Positions 1 to 8,520 of a stretch of DNA of 64,000 nucleotides are shown in pieces. The position numbers and the translations under genes are program-made. The notes below the pieces were generated by a model, which saw only the letters and a list, made by a program, of their open reading frames with translations, ran no database searches and was not told the origin of the DNA. The stretch is from a virus (taxonomy: Duplodnaviria > Caudoviricetes). The DNA lies in IMG/VR virus record IMGVR_UViG_2934748790_000001, positions 32,001 through 96,000 of that record; one strand, 5' to 3'. Each line of letters begins with the position of its first letter. Within the stretch, counting starts at the first letter, position 1.

Positions 1-365
1 GAGCCGTGTGGCTACGAGGTCGCGGGCCTGCTCGGGCATGACATTCATGGGCACCGCATTGCGCGATATCTGGTTCGGCATTACGGGCTGAAATCCGTTT
101 CTGAGGTTCGGGAGTGGCAGGAGAAGGGTTGGTTGCGGGAGCTGCCTGCCGGTACCCGACAGCGGTTGCTGGGCGCCCTCAAGACGTAACTGCTGGTGGT
201 GGGTTGCTTGTGCTCTCTCACGATGCGGCTGCCGATCCGGGGCATCTTGGACATCGCCACCGGCGGGAGCCTGTGCGGAGCGTAATCGGGTGTCACCCAT
301 TCGAGTGACGCCATAAGAAATTCGCGGGGTTGGCGTGACTCATGTCCGCTGGTGTGGGTTGATGT

Positions 366-511
366 GGGTGCGTGCCCACGGCGGGGTTCCGGAAGACACC
401 CCCCCCCGTTTACCGGAATCCCGCTGGCCCGCACCCTAGAACGGTCCGGCGTAGCCGTCGGCGCGATACCACCCCCCTTGGCATCGTCCTCTTCATCGGC
501 TACGCCGGGCC
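366..511 (+). ncRNA. candidate structured RNA with two C-rich-loop hairpins (6C-RNA-like) or 5' leader of ORF 539
   Basis: Stem 381-392/413-424 closes a loop with 9 C (399-407) and is extended by 366-372/430-436. Stem 443-457/497-511 encloses an inner hairpin with a 6-C loop (472-477). Confidence 0.4.
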
Positions 512-538
512 TTCCGTTGTACTGGGGAAGGAAACGGT

Positions 539-946
539 GTGAAACAGACCGACGACCCTCTGAACAAGATCGAAATGGGGCCGGCAGGTCGCCCCTTCGC
601 GTTCGGCCTGGACGCCGAGCCGCTCACCATGAGGGCTGCTGCGGACCTGTTCGAAGACATGACCGCCAGGACGGTTCACAAGTCCGACGTCGTACTGCCC
701 GACGGCCGGCCGGCCAGCGTGAGGACCCTCTGCTTGGTGTTCGACGACTTGCTGGCCACCTGCGTTGCGAGCGAGCTGCCCGCCGACTACGTCCCGCAAA
801 TCTTCGGTTCGGCGCTGTACTCGGCCGACGACCCCGGGCACTTGCTGCGGACTCTGTGGACGTACGGGCTGCCGGCCGAGGCCAAGGCCGGCCACGCGGA
901 AGCGGTAGAAGAGTTCGCGTCGGGGCGTGCCCGTGTGGCCGCGTAG
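539..946 (+). CDS. hypothetical protein
   Basis: GTG start after GGAAGGA, high GC3 codon bias, 135 aa. Confidence 0.75.
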   Translation: MKQTDDPLNKIEMGPAGRPFAFGLDAEPLTMRAAADLFEDMTARTVHKSDVVLPDGRPASVRTLCLVFDDLLATCVASELPADYVPQIFGSALYSADDPGHLLRTLWTYGLPAEAKAGHAEAVEEFASGRARVAA

Positions 947-1006
947 CGGAGTGCGGCGGCGGTCGCGGGGGGCCTCGACCGGCCCGATACGCGGAGGAGT
1001 ACCCCG

Positions 1007-1342
1007 ATGGCTCACCTGACCTTCGAAGGCACGCTCCGGACACGCAAGCTGAACGAGATCCGGGGTCTTCCTCAATTCCAAGTTCGCCGCCAGGGGCAGC
1101 AGTTGGACGTGCTGGCCCTTTTCAGCGATCCGGAGACGGGGATCGCCTGGATCGAGTGCGAGCGAGGAACCTGGCGCCTGCCACCGAAACTCTTTCCGTG
1201 GGCAGAAGCGGTCGAGGACCGTGCGCGAGAAATCACGGGCCAGGACGAGGTGTTTCCATGCCGGACAGTATGGGAACAAGACGACGTCTCCGGCGAGTTG
1301 ACGGTGGAGATATTCCCTCCCGGTTACCGCAGCCCGTTCTAG
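1007..1342 (+). CDS. hypothetical protein
   Basis: GGAGGAG SD before ATG, 111 aa. Confidence 0.8.
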   Translation: MAHLTFEGTLRTRKLNEIRGLPQFQVRRQGQQLDVLALFSDPETGIAWIECERGTWRLPPKLFPWAEAVEDRAREITGQDEVFPCRTVWEQDDVSGELTVEIFPPGYRSPF

Positions 1343-1414
1343 AAGTGAGGGCTCCACCCCATGCGCATGGGTGGGGCCCTCACTCCTGCGTGGACGTCCT
1401 GTCCGGAAAGAGCT

Positions 1415-1624
1415 TCACACGGGACGGGTGTTCCCGGCAGCCGCCATCGGAGGGAGCTGGTCGATATCCTCGGCCTGGTCGGACCAGCGCCAACGGCGCC
1501 CGTCCCACACGATCATCTGCCCATGCGTCCGGCACACGAAGTACCGGCCCGGCGCGGTCTCGGGATCGGGTGCCATCACTACCAGAGCCCTGACGACGCA
1601 GCAGCACGCCTCCGCGTCGCTCAC
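1415..1624 (-). CDS. small Cys-rich hypothetical protein
   Basis: GTG start overlaps the upstream stop (GTGA); CCC...CxxH motif. Confidence 0.55.
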   Translation of the reverse strand: MSDAEACCCVVRALVVMAPDPETAPGRYFVCRTHGQMIVWDGRRWRWSDQAEDIDQLPPMAAAGNTRPV

Positions 1625-1977
1625 AGGGCCGGCTTCCTCGGCAGCTCGTCGCACTCAGCGGCACGCCAGTGCCAGTACCCGCACGGGCAGTACCGCATCG
1701 CGTGCAGCAGAGCATCCTCGCTGAAAATGCACCGCACGACGGTGTCGGCCTCCCACGGAGCTGGGTGGTAGACCGCCCACGCCCGCAGTGAATGCCCGCA
1801 GCAGCGCATCCAGCCGCCCCCCATGATCTGCGGAGGGGTGTACTTGTCGGTGACGAGGTCGGCCTGCGCGGCGTGGAAGTCGCGGCACTGCTTGCAGTAG
1901 CCGTACTCCATTCGAGTGACGCCCATTTCAATTTCACACCGTGGACACAGGGTGCGCGTTTCCGGGACGTGAGTCAT
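1621..1977 (-). CDS. Cys-rich putative zinc-binding protein
   Basis: CPRC, CKQC, CCGH and CPCG motifs; ATG lies 6 nt after TACGCT (leaderless-type). Confidence 0.65.
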   Translation of the reverse strand: MTHVPETRTLCPRCEIEMGVTRMEYGYCKQCRDFHAAQADLVTDKYTPPQIMGGGWMRCCGHSLRAWAVYHPAPWEADTVVRCIFSEDALLHAMRYCPCGYWHWRAAECDELPRKPAL

Positions 1978-2007
1978 GGCGCGAGCGTAATGGTTAGCAT
2001 GCTTCAC

Positions 2008-2484
2008 ATGGTGGATAAGCAGCCCGGCGACGACATGCGCCTCCTCGCAATCGCGTATCTCGAATTCTGGGCGAGGGGTGACAGGGCGAGCCTGCGTCTG
2101 CTGGAGCGAGACAGACGGCAGATCACCCAGGCGGTCGGAGCCTTCGCCTGGTTCCTGATGGACACGGTGGTCATCCCGGTCCAGCACGGTGTCGGATGGG
2201 CCGACGGGTGGGTGGAGGTCGACTTCCGGCGGCGGACCGACCCGGAATTCACCGCATCCCTTCTGCGGCGTCGCCGCTACCGCCGGCTGGCCCAGGGCCG
2301 GATGCTGCGCGCACGCCCCCACCTGCGGAAAGCGACCCGGGAGGTGGCCGGAATGCTATGCCTCGCGTACTCCGTCGAGGCCGAGCACAACGATGAAGTA
2401 AGCGCGAGAGAAGCGATTCTTCACGCGCTCAACCGGGTGCGTAATAGGTTCTGCCATACGGGTGACGGGAATAAGAATCCGTAA
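2008..2484 (+). CDS. hypothetical protein
   Basis: High-GC3 ORF; ATG lies 7 nt after TAGCAT; start uncertain. Confidence 0.65.
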   Translation: MVDKQPGDDMRLLAIAYLEFWARGDRASLRLLERDRRQITQAVGAFAWFLMDTVVIPVQHGVGWADGWVEVDFRRRTDPEFTASLLRRRRYRRLAQGRMLRARPHLRKATREVAGMLCLAYSVEAEHNDEVSAREAILHALNRVRNRFCHTGDGNKNP

Positions 2485-2678
2485 CTGTAGCCCCGGTAGC
2501 CCGTTGTTACCTGCAAGGAAGGGGGCGGGGCATCCATGCGGCGCACTGTCGCTTCGTCGGTGAGGTGACGGACGCTCCACCCTTCCTTAGCGAGACCCCC
2601 CAACTGCTGTTCCCAGTAGGGGGGTTCTTGCTGTGTCGTCCCCCCGGGCGGCAGCCTGAGATGGAAAACTCTCGGGGT

Positions 2679-2936
2679 ATGACCGAAAAAATGCAGGTGC
2701 TGCGATGGCTCCACGCTCAAGGTGAGTGCACGCTGCTCCAGGTGGTGGACGGCACGAATATTCCAGCAGGGCGCGCTATCGCCCACCTCAACGCGCTCAC
2801 CCGGGCCCAGCACACCGCCAAAGCCCGCCGTGACCGGTTCGACCGCTACACCATCACCGAGGCCGGCCGAGAAGAAGTCGAAAGCTGGACCGAGCCGCTG
2901 GCCCCCGCCCCTGGAAAGGTCCGTCGTGCTGGCTGA
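2679..2936 (+). CDS. winged-helix DNA-binding protein
   Basis: VLRWL...TLLQVVDGTNI...HLNAL...YTITEAGR wHTH pattern. Confidence 0.65.
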   Translation: MTEKMQVLRWLHAQGECTLLQVVDGTNIPAGRAIAHLNALTRAQHTAKARRDRFDRYTITEAGREEVESWTEPLAPAPGKVRRAG

Positions 2937-3321
2937 ACCCTTCGACGTGCGCCAGGCCGCCGAGCTGCTTCAGCGGCTGTCGCGGTACCTGTTCCTATCC
3001 GCCGCGTGCGCAGCCAGCGCTCACCACGAATGCCCCCTGGTCGACACGTACTCCGGACGCCCGTGCTGCTGCACAGGGTGCGACCACACCGGCTTCGTCG
3101 GCTCCCCTCCCCCGGTCGTCCTGCCGCTCCTGCATTACGCCGAGGATGGCCGGCGGCAGGGCTACACCTACGACGCACAGCAGATGGGTGTGCGCGACGA
3201 CCTGGTGCGGGCCATGACCCACGTCCTGGAGAACCACGTCCACGAGCTGCGCCGGCCACGCATGGCGCACCAGCTCGCCGTCGCGGCGGCTCTCGTTTTC
3301 GCCCCGAGGAGCGGTGCCTGA
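2926..3321 (+). CDS. hypothetical protein (Cys/His cluster)
   Basis: GAAAGG SD; overlaps both neighbours; SAACAASAHHEC...CCCTGCDH. Confidence 0.65.
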   Translation: MLAEPFDVRQAAELLQRLSRYLFLSAACAASAHHECPLVDTYSGRPCCCTGCDHTGFVGSPPPVVLPLLHYAEDGRRQGYTYDAQQMGVRDDLVRAMTHVLENHVHELRRPRMAHQLAVAAALVFAPRSGA

Positions 3322-3641
3322 TGTACGCCCTGCGCCTGCCCGGCACCTTTGTGCCCGAGAAGCACGGCTGGACCGTGCGGAACCCCGTGGTGCCCCACCA
3401 GCAGCTCCAGATGGCCATGTACGAGCTGCACCGCTTCGGCTTCGTGTCCGCGAACTACGTCCGGCCCGAGCCCGGCTCCGAGGCCCCGGCCGGCCTCGTC
3501 CTCTCCGGATACGACCGGGAGACCGCCCAGTACCTGTGCCTGTACAACCCGCCATCCGAGTGTCGGGAAAGAAAAGTCACCGCCGCTGTCCTTCTCGCTG
3601 AAATCCGGGACGGTGTGGGCCACTCGGAGGTTTCCGCCTGA
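3321..3641 (+). CDS. hypothetical protein
   Basis: TGATG coupling, GAGGAG SD. Confidence 0.7.
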   Translation: MYALRLPGTFVPEKHGWTVRNPVVPHQQLQMAMYELHRFGFVSANYVRPEPGSEAPAGLVLSGYDRETAQYLCLYNPPSECRERKVTAAVLLAEIRDGVGHSEVSA

Positions 3642-3718
3642 GCCCATTCGTGTCGTGCCCAAAGAAATTGCTAAGCCTTGCAGGATGACGTCAGCCCCCG
3701 TCCCGAAAGGACACCCAT

Positions 3719-3892
3719 ATGGCTGACGTCACGGCCCGGCCCACGTCGGTGGCCGGCCCGATCGCAGCGGTGGTGGCCGGCCTGCTGGCCACCCACCCGC
3801 AGGAACCCCCGCTGGTTGTCAGGCTCGGCTGGCAGGCATCCCCGAACGGCACGCTGCGGCCAATTTCACTGGTGGTGGTGCGCCGTGGCTGA
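3719..3892 (+). CDS. small hypothetical protein (57 aa, not in ORF track)
   Basis: GAAAGGA SD; MADVTARPTS...VVVRRG; overlaps the next start. Confidence 0.5.
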   Translation: MADVTARPTSVAGPIAAVVAGLLATHPQEPPLVVRLGWQASPNGTLRPISLVVVRRG

Positions 3893-4202
3893 GACGAAGA
3901 ACCCTGACATCTACACCGAGCGCGCCCACCTCCTGGCCGTGGTCGTGGCGTTGTTCGGAGGCGTTCTGTCCTACAGCGACCCGCTCACCCCACGCTGGCC
4001 CGTCCTCTACGTGGAGTCACCAGCCGGACAGCTCTCCTGGCACATCCACCCCGGCGACCTCTGGCTATTCGAAGGTGTCCCCGTGGTCGAGAACTACCCC
4101 TGGGACCAGCACAGCACGACGGTGAAATACCGCCGCGTGAGGGCCCTCCTGCTCGACCTCCCGAAGATGACGTACGCGAGGCCGGAGTACGGTCACCCGT
4201 GA
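3885..4202 (+). CDS. WDGH-domain-like phage protein
   Basis: IYTERAHL...PAGQLSWHI...WDQHSTTVKYRR signature. Confidence 0.7.
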   Translation: MAETKNPDIYTERAHLLAVVVALFGGVLSYSDPLTPRWPVLYVESPAGQLSWHIHPGDLWLFEGVPVVENYPWDQHSTTVKYRRVRALLLDLPKMTYARPEYGHP

Positions 4203-4259
4203 ATTACCCCACCGGAATTCGGGGCGGGCACCGTTGAGGGACTTCCGCCCCGAATCGAG

Positions 4260-4577
4260 GTGACCGTCATGCCCCTCCTGCGACGCCCCAACCCATCGTG
4301 GGACGCGGTCCAGGCGCTGCCCGGGACACCCACGGGCGGTCCGAGGTCCCAGCTCGCCGCCGGCTGGCCCTCGGAACTGCTCGACCCTCACCCGGGCGGC
4401 ACGCCGGCGCTCTCAGCGGCCACCCTGCCGCGTCTGAGCGCGCAACCCGGCACGTCCCCCGTCCGGGGCCGGCCTACGCGCCAGCAGCTCGGTCTCGGCT
4501 CCCCCGGCACCGCACCGACCGGGGCGCCGGCCACGGGCCAGGGGCGCAGCTCCATCTTCATGGCGCCCATGTACTGA
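4260..4577 (+). CDS. Pro/Gly-rich hypothetical protein
   Basis: GAGGTG SD (ATG 4269 also possible); followed by a hairpin. Confidence 0.5.
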   Translation: MTVMPLLRRPNPSWDAVQALPGTPTGGPRSQLAAGWPSELLDPHPGGTPALSAATLPRLSAQPGTSPVRGRPTRQQLGLGSPGTAPTGAPATGQGRSSIFMAPMY

Positions 4578-4590
4578 CCCGGACATAGAG

Positions 4591-4626
4591 AGGCCCGCTC
4601 CCCCCTGAGCGCGGGGAAGCGGGCCT
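4591..4626. terminator. hairpin between convergent genes
   Basis: AGGCCCGCT...AGCGGGCCT inverted repeat. Confidence 0.6.
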
Positions 4627-4643
4627 TCTCATGCGCAGGCGTC

Positions 4644-4904
4644 TCAGACGCCCGGTGCGAACCCGCGCTGTCCGTCGAGGACGGCCTTCCCGAAGGCTTC
4701 CCACTCGGAATCCGTGAACGGAAGCAGCCTGTCGGGCATGTTGGAGTTCCGCACCAGCCATCCACCCTCGACCCGGGCGGTCTCCAGGCAGTCGCCGGTC
4801 CCGCCGGTGGAAGCCGCCGGGGTGTTCCACTGGAGGTCGGTCGGCACGTTGGACAGCATGGCGTTGAGCGCAGCCAGCTTGTCGGCCTGCGGGGTGTCAG
4901 TCAC
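4644..4904 (-). CDS. DUF397 protein (Scr2/BldB-like)
   Basis: W...S...DCLE.A...VRNS..P...L.FT.SEWEAF motif; overlaps the XRE gene. Confidence 0.9.
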   Translation of the reverse strand: MTDTPQADKLAALNAMLSNVPTDLQWNTPAASTGGTGDCLETARVEGGWLVRNSNMPDRLLPFTDSEWEAFGKAVLDGQRGFAPGV

Positions 4905-5781
4905 GTGACATCTCTTTCCTAATTGTGGTGATCATTTCGAGTGAGTCTGTCGGGGACACTGCGAGTACGCGCAGATCCTCCAGGAAGCCCTTCAGCCCCC
5001 GAATTTCCTTGAGACCCTTCCGGAAGGACATACCCGTCATCGCGTCGAACGCTGCGACGGGGGTCTCTGCCCCTCCGAAGCTGAGCATGTGGAACGTGTA
5101 CGTGAGCGTCGCGTTTGCGCTGAAGGGGATGACGCGGAAGGACACCCCTCGCTCCGTGGCATCTCCCATGATCGCGTCGAGTTGGGCGAGCATGACGTCC
5201 CGACCGCCGACCTGCTGGCGCAACGCCGCTTCGCCCATGATTACTTCGACAGCCGGCCGGGGTTCCTTCGCCAGGATGCCTCTGCGATGCATGCGCAGTT
5301 CGACCGAGCGCTCTACCGATGACGGGTTGAACGAGGACTTCGCGAGTTCGCTCGTGAGCGCCCGTCCGTACTCCGGCGTCTGGAGCAGCCCTGGGATGAT
5401 GTTCGGGTTGCAGGTAGTGATCTCGTGGGCGCTGTCTTCGTAGGCCACGAACTCGATGAGCGATTCCGGGAACTCGTCCTGAAAGTCCTGCCACCAGACT
5501 TCGGTGATGGCGGTGCCAGCCTCCAGCATGGTTTCCAGGCGGACACTGGTCGGGACGTCGGCGCCGTAGAGCTTGAGCAGGGTTCGCAGCTCCGACAGGT
5601 CCGGCCAGGCGGCGCCGCGTTCGAAGCGGCTGACGCGGTCGATCGTTTTGCGCTTGATCGCGCGGGCGGCGTCGATCTGCTTGATCTGTGCGCCCTTCGA
5701 GGTCCGAGCGTCGAGGCGCACCTTCTTCAGGGCTTCCCCGAATCGCTGCCGGGCGACCATGCCTGCGGTACTGACCGCCAC
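4897..5781 (-). CDS. XRE-family regulator with DUF5753 domain (WhiJ/Scr1-like)
   Basis: N-terminal HTH (FGEALKKVR...VSRFERG), WWQDF, IPGLLQTPEY, GEAALRQQVGG. Confidence 0.92.
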   Translation of the reverse strand: MAVSTAGMVARQRFGEALKKVRLDARTSKGAQIKQIDAARAIKRKTIDRVSRFERGAAWPDLSELRTLLKLYGADVPTSVRLETMLEAGTAITEVWWQDFQDEFPESLIEFVAYEDSAHEITTCNPNIIPGLLQTPEYGRALTSELAKSSFNPSSVERSVELRMHRRGILAKEPRPAVEVIMGEAALRQQVGGRDVMLAQLDAIMGDATERGVSFRVIPFSANATLTYTFHMLSFGGAETPVAAFDAMTGMSFRKGLKEIRGLKGFLEDLRVLAVSPTDSLEMITTIRKEMSRD

Positions 5782-5983
5782 GGTGCTTCCCCTTCTCTCG
5801 CGGCTTGTGGACAACGCGAAGAGTAGCGCGAGGGCGTACTTCCGGGCACGTGTGGGGGTTTTTCGTCCCTAGGGCTTGCAACCGCAGGTGCAATCGCACC
5901 ACACTCAGTCTCACGTACCGAAGGTCCGTCGTCGCGGTGCGTCACCTACGCGGTTTCCCCATGCCCGCGTGATGGAGGGCTTC

Positions 5984-6385
5984 ATGCACACCCAACAGCA
6001 TGCAAGTACAGACGCAGTGCGGGAGAGAACGTTCCCTTGCACTCCCGACCAGGTCAGAGCAGCTCGTCGATGGGCAGCCGCAGTTTACTCCGAGGCCGGA
6101 GCCGACTCGGACATGTCGGAGGCATGCTGCCTGCTGGTCAGCGAGGTGGCCACCAACTCGGTTTTACATGCCGGCGGCGACTCGTTTCGCGTTCGGATTC
6201 ACCGTGCGGATCTGCGAGTTGAGGTGTGGGACAGCTCCCGCCGGATGCCTCAGCGCCGTGTGACCGGCGCAGATTCGGAGAGCGGCCGGGGGCTGGAGCT
6301 GCTGGATCTTCTCGCTCCGGGTTTCGCCGTGGTGTGTGAAGAGGGCGGCAAGAGCGTCTGCTTCCGGCCAAAGGTCAGCTTCTAG
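5984..6385 (+). CDS. RsbW/AbaA-like ATP-binding protein (HATPase_c_2), TTA-containing
   Basis: LLVSEVATNSVLHA, VEVWD, ESGRGLELL; in-frame TTA at 6164-6166. Confidence 0.9.
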   Translation: MHTQQHASTDAVRERTFPCTPDQVRAARRWAAAVYSEAGADSDMSEACCLLVSEVATNSVLHAGGDSFRVRIHRADLRVEVWDSSRRMPQRRVTGADSESGRGLELLDLLAPGFAVVCEEGGKSVCFRPKVSF

Positions 6386-6408
6386 CGCGGGGAAGGGAGG
6401 GGCTGGCG

Positions 6409-6756
6409 ATGGATGCGAGGCCGCGTCTCGTTCTGATCAGCGAAGCCGAGCTGGAGGGAGATCCGCACGCGGATCAGCCGTTCCGGCTGGAGTTGGACGG
6501 TTGGTGGGAGGGCTCGCCCGGGGATGGGTACAGCTCGACGCGCTTATGCGTTCGCTTCGACTCCGCCGACCTCACTGCCCTTCTGGCGCAGGGTCGCTCG
6601 TCACAGCTTGCGCTCGTGAGCCGGATCGGTCGTACCGGCGTGGACCCCCGGTCGTTCGCGGTGCTGAAGGAGCAGGCGATCATCGCCGCCCGTCAGGCGC
6701 CCCGCCCGGATGTTGAACTGCTCAACCGGGTCCTCGTGAAGCTGCACGACATCTAG
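6409..6756 (+). CDS. hypothetical protein, TTA-containing
   Basis: GGAGGG SD; in-frame TTA at 6544-6546. Confidence 0.75.
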   Translation: MDARPRLVLISEAELEGDPHADQPFRLELDGWWEGSPGDGYSSTRLCVRFDSADLTALLAQGRSSQLALVSRIGRTGVDPRSFAVLKEQAIIAARQAPRPDVELLNRVLVKLHDI

Positions 6757-6758
6757 AC

Positions 6759-6796
6759 CACGGCCTGGCCTGCCCCTCGCGGAGGGCCAGGCCGTG
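6759..6796 (+). terminator. intrinsic terminator-like hairpin
   Basis: 12-bp inverted repeat CACGGCCTGGCC/GGCCAGGCCGTG just after the stop. Confidence 0.65.
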
Positions 6797-6952
6797 ACAG
6801 ACACCCGCCCGTGAACCCGGGCGGGTGGGCGCCATGGGCCCCCTGTACCCAGGCGTCCGATCCGGTCGGCACCGACTGTTCCTCCTCGGTGCCGGCCGGG
6901 TGCACTGAGTTTCTGCCTCGACCCCCTATATGCGGGGGCGGTCAAGAGGCAG

Positions 6953-6989
6953 AAAAGGGCGCCCGCCCACGCCTAGGAAGCGGGCGCCC
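6953..6989 (-). terminator. minus-strand intrinsic terminator
   Basis: 10-bp stem 6957-6966/6980-6989 followed by TTTT on the minus strand. Confidence 0.55.
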
Positions 6990-7331
6990 ACCCCGAGCAG
7001 GTTTACCGGATTCGATATTGGCAGGTGGTTCATAGAGGTCGCCTAATACGTCACGTGCGTTACCTGGGTCGTCCTGCGTTCTTGCTCCCTACACAGGACA
7101 GGCCCGGGTTTCAGTTTGCCTTTTTCCGGGCTGCTTTTCGACGCATCCCGGCCTTTTCCATGCCCGCCACACAAATGCAAGATTTGGCATATTCCTTTTC
7201 TAAGAATCTTGGCTTCACCGGTTTCCGGACCCCAGGGATATAGGTAACTTCTCTCTCGGCAGGACGTCGATGGAAAGTGACGGCGACGTTCAGCCGTAGG
7301 TAAATCCATTCCTGACAGAAGGGGGAACCTC

Positions 7332-7496
7332 ATGGTTCCGACGATCGAGACCCAGGCCGTGGACCGTTCCGTGCTGGCCGGCGCTCTGGACAGCGTCCGG
7401 AACGACAGCGACGCGCAGAAGGCGGCCGTCGTGGGCAACGTGGAGGCGGCGCTGTCCGACTCCAACTCCTGCATGATGGGCGGCTGGACCTCCTGA
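7332..7496 (+). CDS. putative RiPP precursor peptide (54 aa, not in ORF track)
   Basis: AGAAGGGGG SD; MVPTIETQAVDRSVLAGALDSVRNDSDAQKAAVVGNVEAALSDSNSCMMGGWTS; very high GC3; directly upstream of the HExxH enzyme. Confidence 0.8.
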   Translation: MVPTIETQAVDRSVLAGALDSVRNDSDAQKAAVVGNVEAALSDSNSCMMGGWTS

Positions 7497-7535
7497 CCGC
7501 GTCACCCCTGACGCGCTGAAGCGCTGATGCCCTAG

Positions 7536-7569
7536 TGCGCCCGGAGCCGGGTTTCCCGCTCCGGGCGCA
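7536..7569 (+). promoter_or_regulatory. intergenic stem-loop between precursor and enzyme
   Basis: Perfect 12-bp stem TGCGCCCGGAGC/GCTCCGGGCGCA. Confidence 0.65.
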
Positions 7570-7601
7570 TCCAGTAGCACCCACTACTTCGAGGAGTTTC
7601 C

Positions 7602-8516
7602 ATGCACTGCCTGAACAACGGCCACCTGGCCGCGTCTCTCGCCCGCCAGGCCCGCGCCCTGGGCGGCACGGTCCCGGACGTCGACTCCCTGCCGGGGGCG
7701 TACCGGGAGATGGCCGCCGGCCTGCGCCCGGTGGGCCTCGGCATCCAGGGCGAGGGCATCACCATCAGCTACGAGGACGGTGACTGGGCTCGCTACTGCC
7801 GGCAGGAGGGCATCTTCGAGCACATCTTCGCCGGGGCCAGCCCGACGGACGGCCCCACACGCCAGGCATGGGATGAGAAGGTCAGGGACGCGCTCCAGCT
7901 CATCGAGGACATCCACCCCGGCCTGCGGTACATGGTGGACCTTCTCGTCACCGACCTGGTCATCCTCGACTCGGGCGCGGACGGCGGCGGCAGCGCCTCG
8001 CACATGCCTGGTGTCGTGGTCATGAGCCCCCGGAAGGCAGGTCCCACGGTCGATGTGGCCACGCGCGAGGAGGGTACGCAGAGCGCGTGGGAGGTGCTCG
8101 ACTATGCGATGTGCCTGGTGCATGAGGCGCTGCATCTGGCCCTTTTTGTGCTGGACATGGTCCACGGCACGTTCACCAGGACGTCCGCCGAGCTGGAGGG
8201 CGACGAGTACCGCGCCCTGTCGGCGGTCAAGATCGGGCAGATGAGGCCGCTGGACAAGGCGTTCCACGCGGCGGTTGTCACGGTGCCCTTGATGTACATG
8301 GAGCACCGCGTCGGCAGGACGGCACTGGTCGATCTCTACACGCAGTCGCTGGGCGACGCGTGCGTGTCGCTTCAGGAGCGGCGCGAGTTCTTCACGCCGT
8401 ATGGGCAGATGCTGCTCGACGAGCTGTGCCGCTTCGGCGAGACGATCGACTTCGGTCTCGTCGAGGACAGCATCTCCAATCCGGCCATGGCGCGCTACGC
8501 GCCTGTGGCGGTCTGA
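7602..8516 (+). CDS. aKG-HExxH-type peptide-modifying enzyme
   Basis: GSASHMPGVVVMS, LVHEALHLAL and RPLDKAFHAA motifs; GAGGAG SD. Confidence 0.85.
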   Translation: MHCLNNGHLAASLARQARALGGTVPDVDSLPGAYREMAAGLRPVGLGIQGEGITISYEDGDWARYCRQEGIFEHIFAGASPTDGPTRQAWDEKVRDALQLIEDIHPGLRYMVDLLVTDLVILDSGADGGGSASHMPGVVVMSPRKAGPTVDVATREEGTQSAWEVLDYAMCLVHEALHLALFVLDMVHGTFTRTSAELEGDEYRALSAVKIGQMRPLDKAFHAAVVTVPLMYMEHRVGRTALVDLYTQSLGDACVSLQERREFFTPYGQMLLDELCRFGETIDFGLVEDSISNPAMARYAPVAV

Positions 8517-8520
8517 GCGT

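Noticed and set aside
81-434. Minus-strand 117-aa ORF and long R/P/G-rich alternative-frame ORFs throughout (e.g. 352-1593, 53877-55529)
   Set aside because: Typical high-GC shadow ORFs that overlap better-supported genes or lack codon bias.
6926-7033. 35-aa minus-strand ORF (MNHLPISNP...) crossing the terminator
   Set aside because: No SD and atypical codons; an attenuator role is unsupported.
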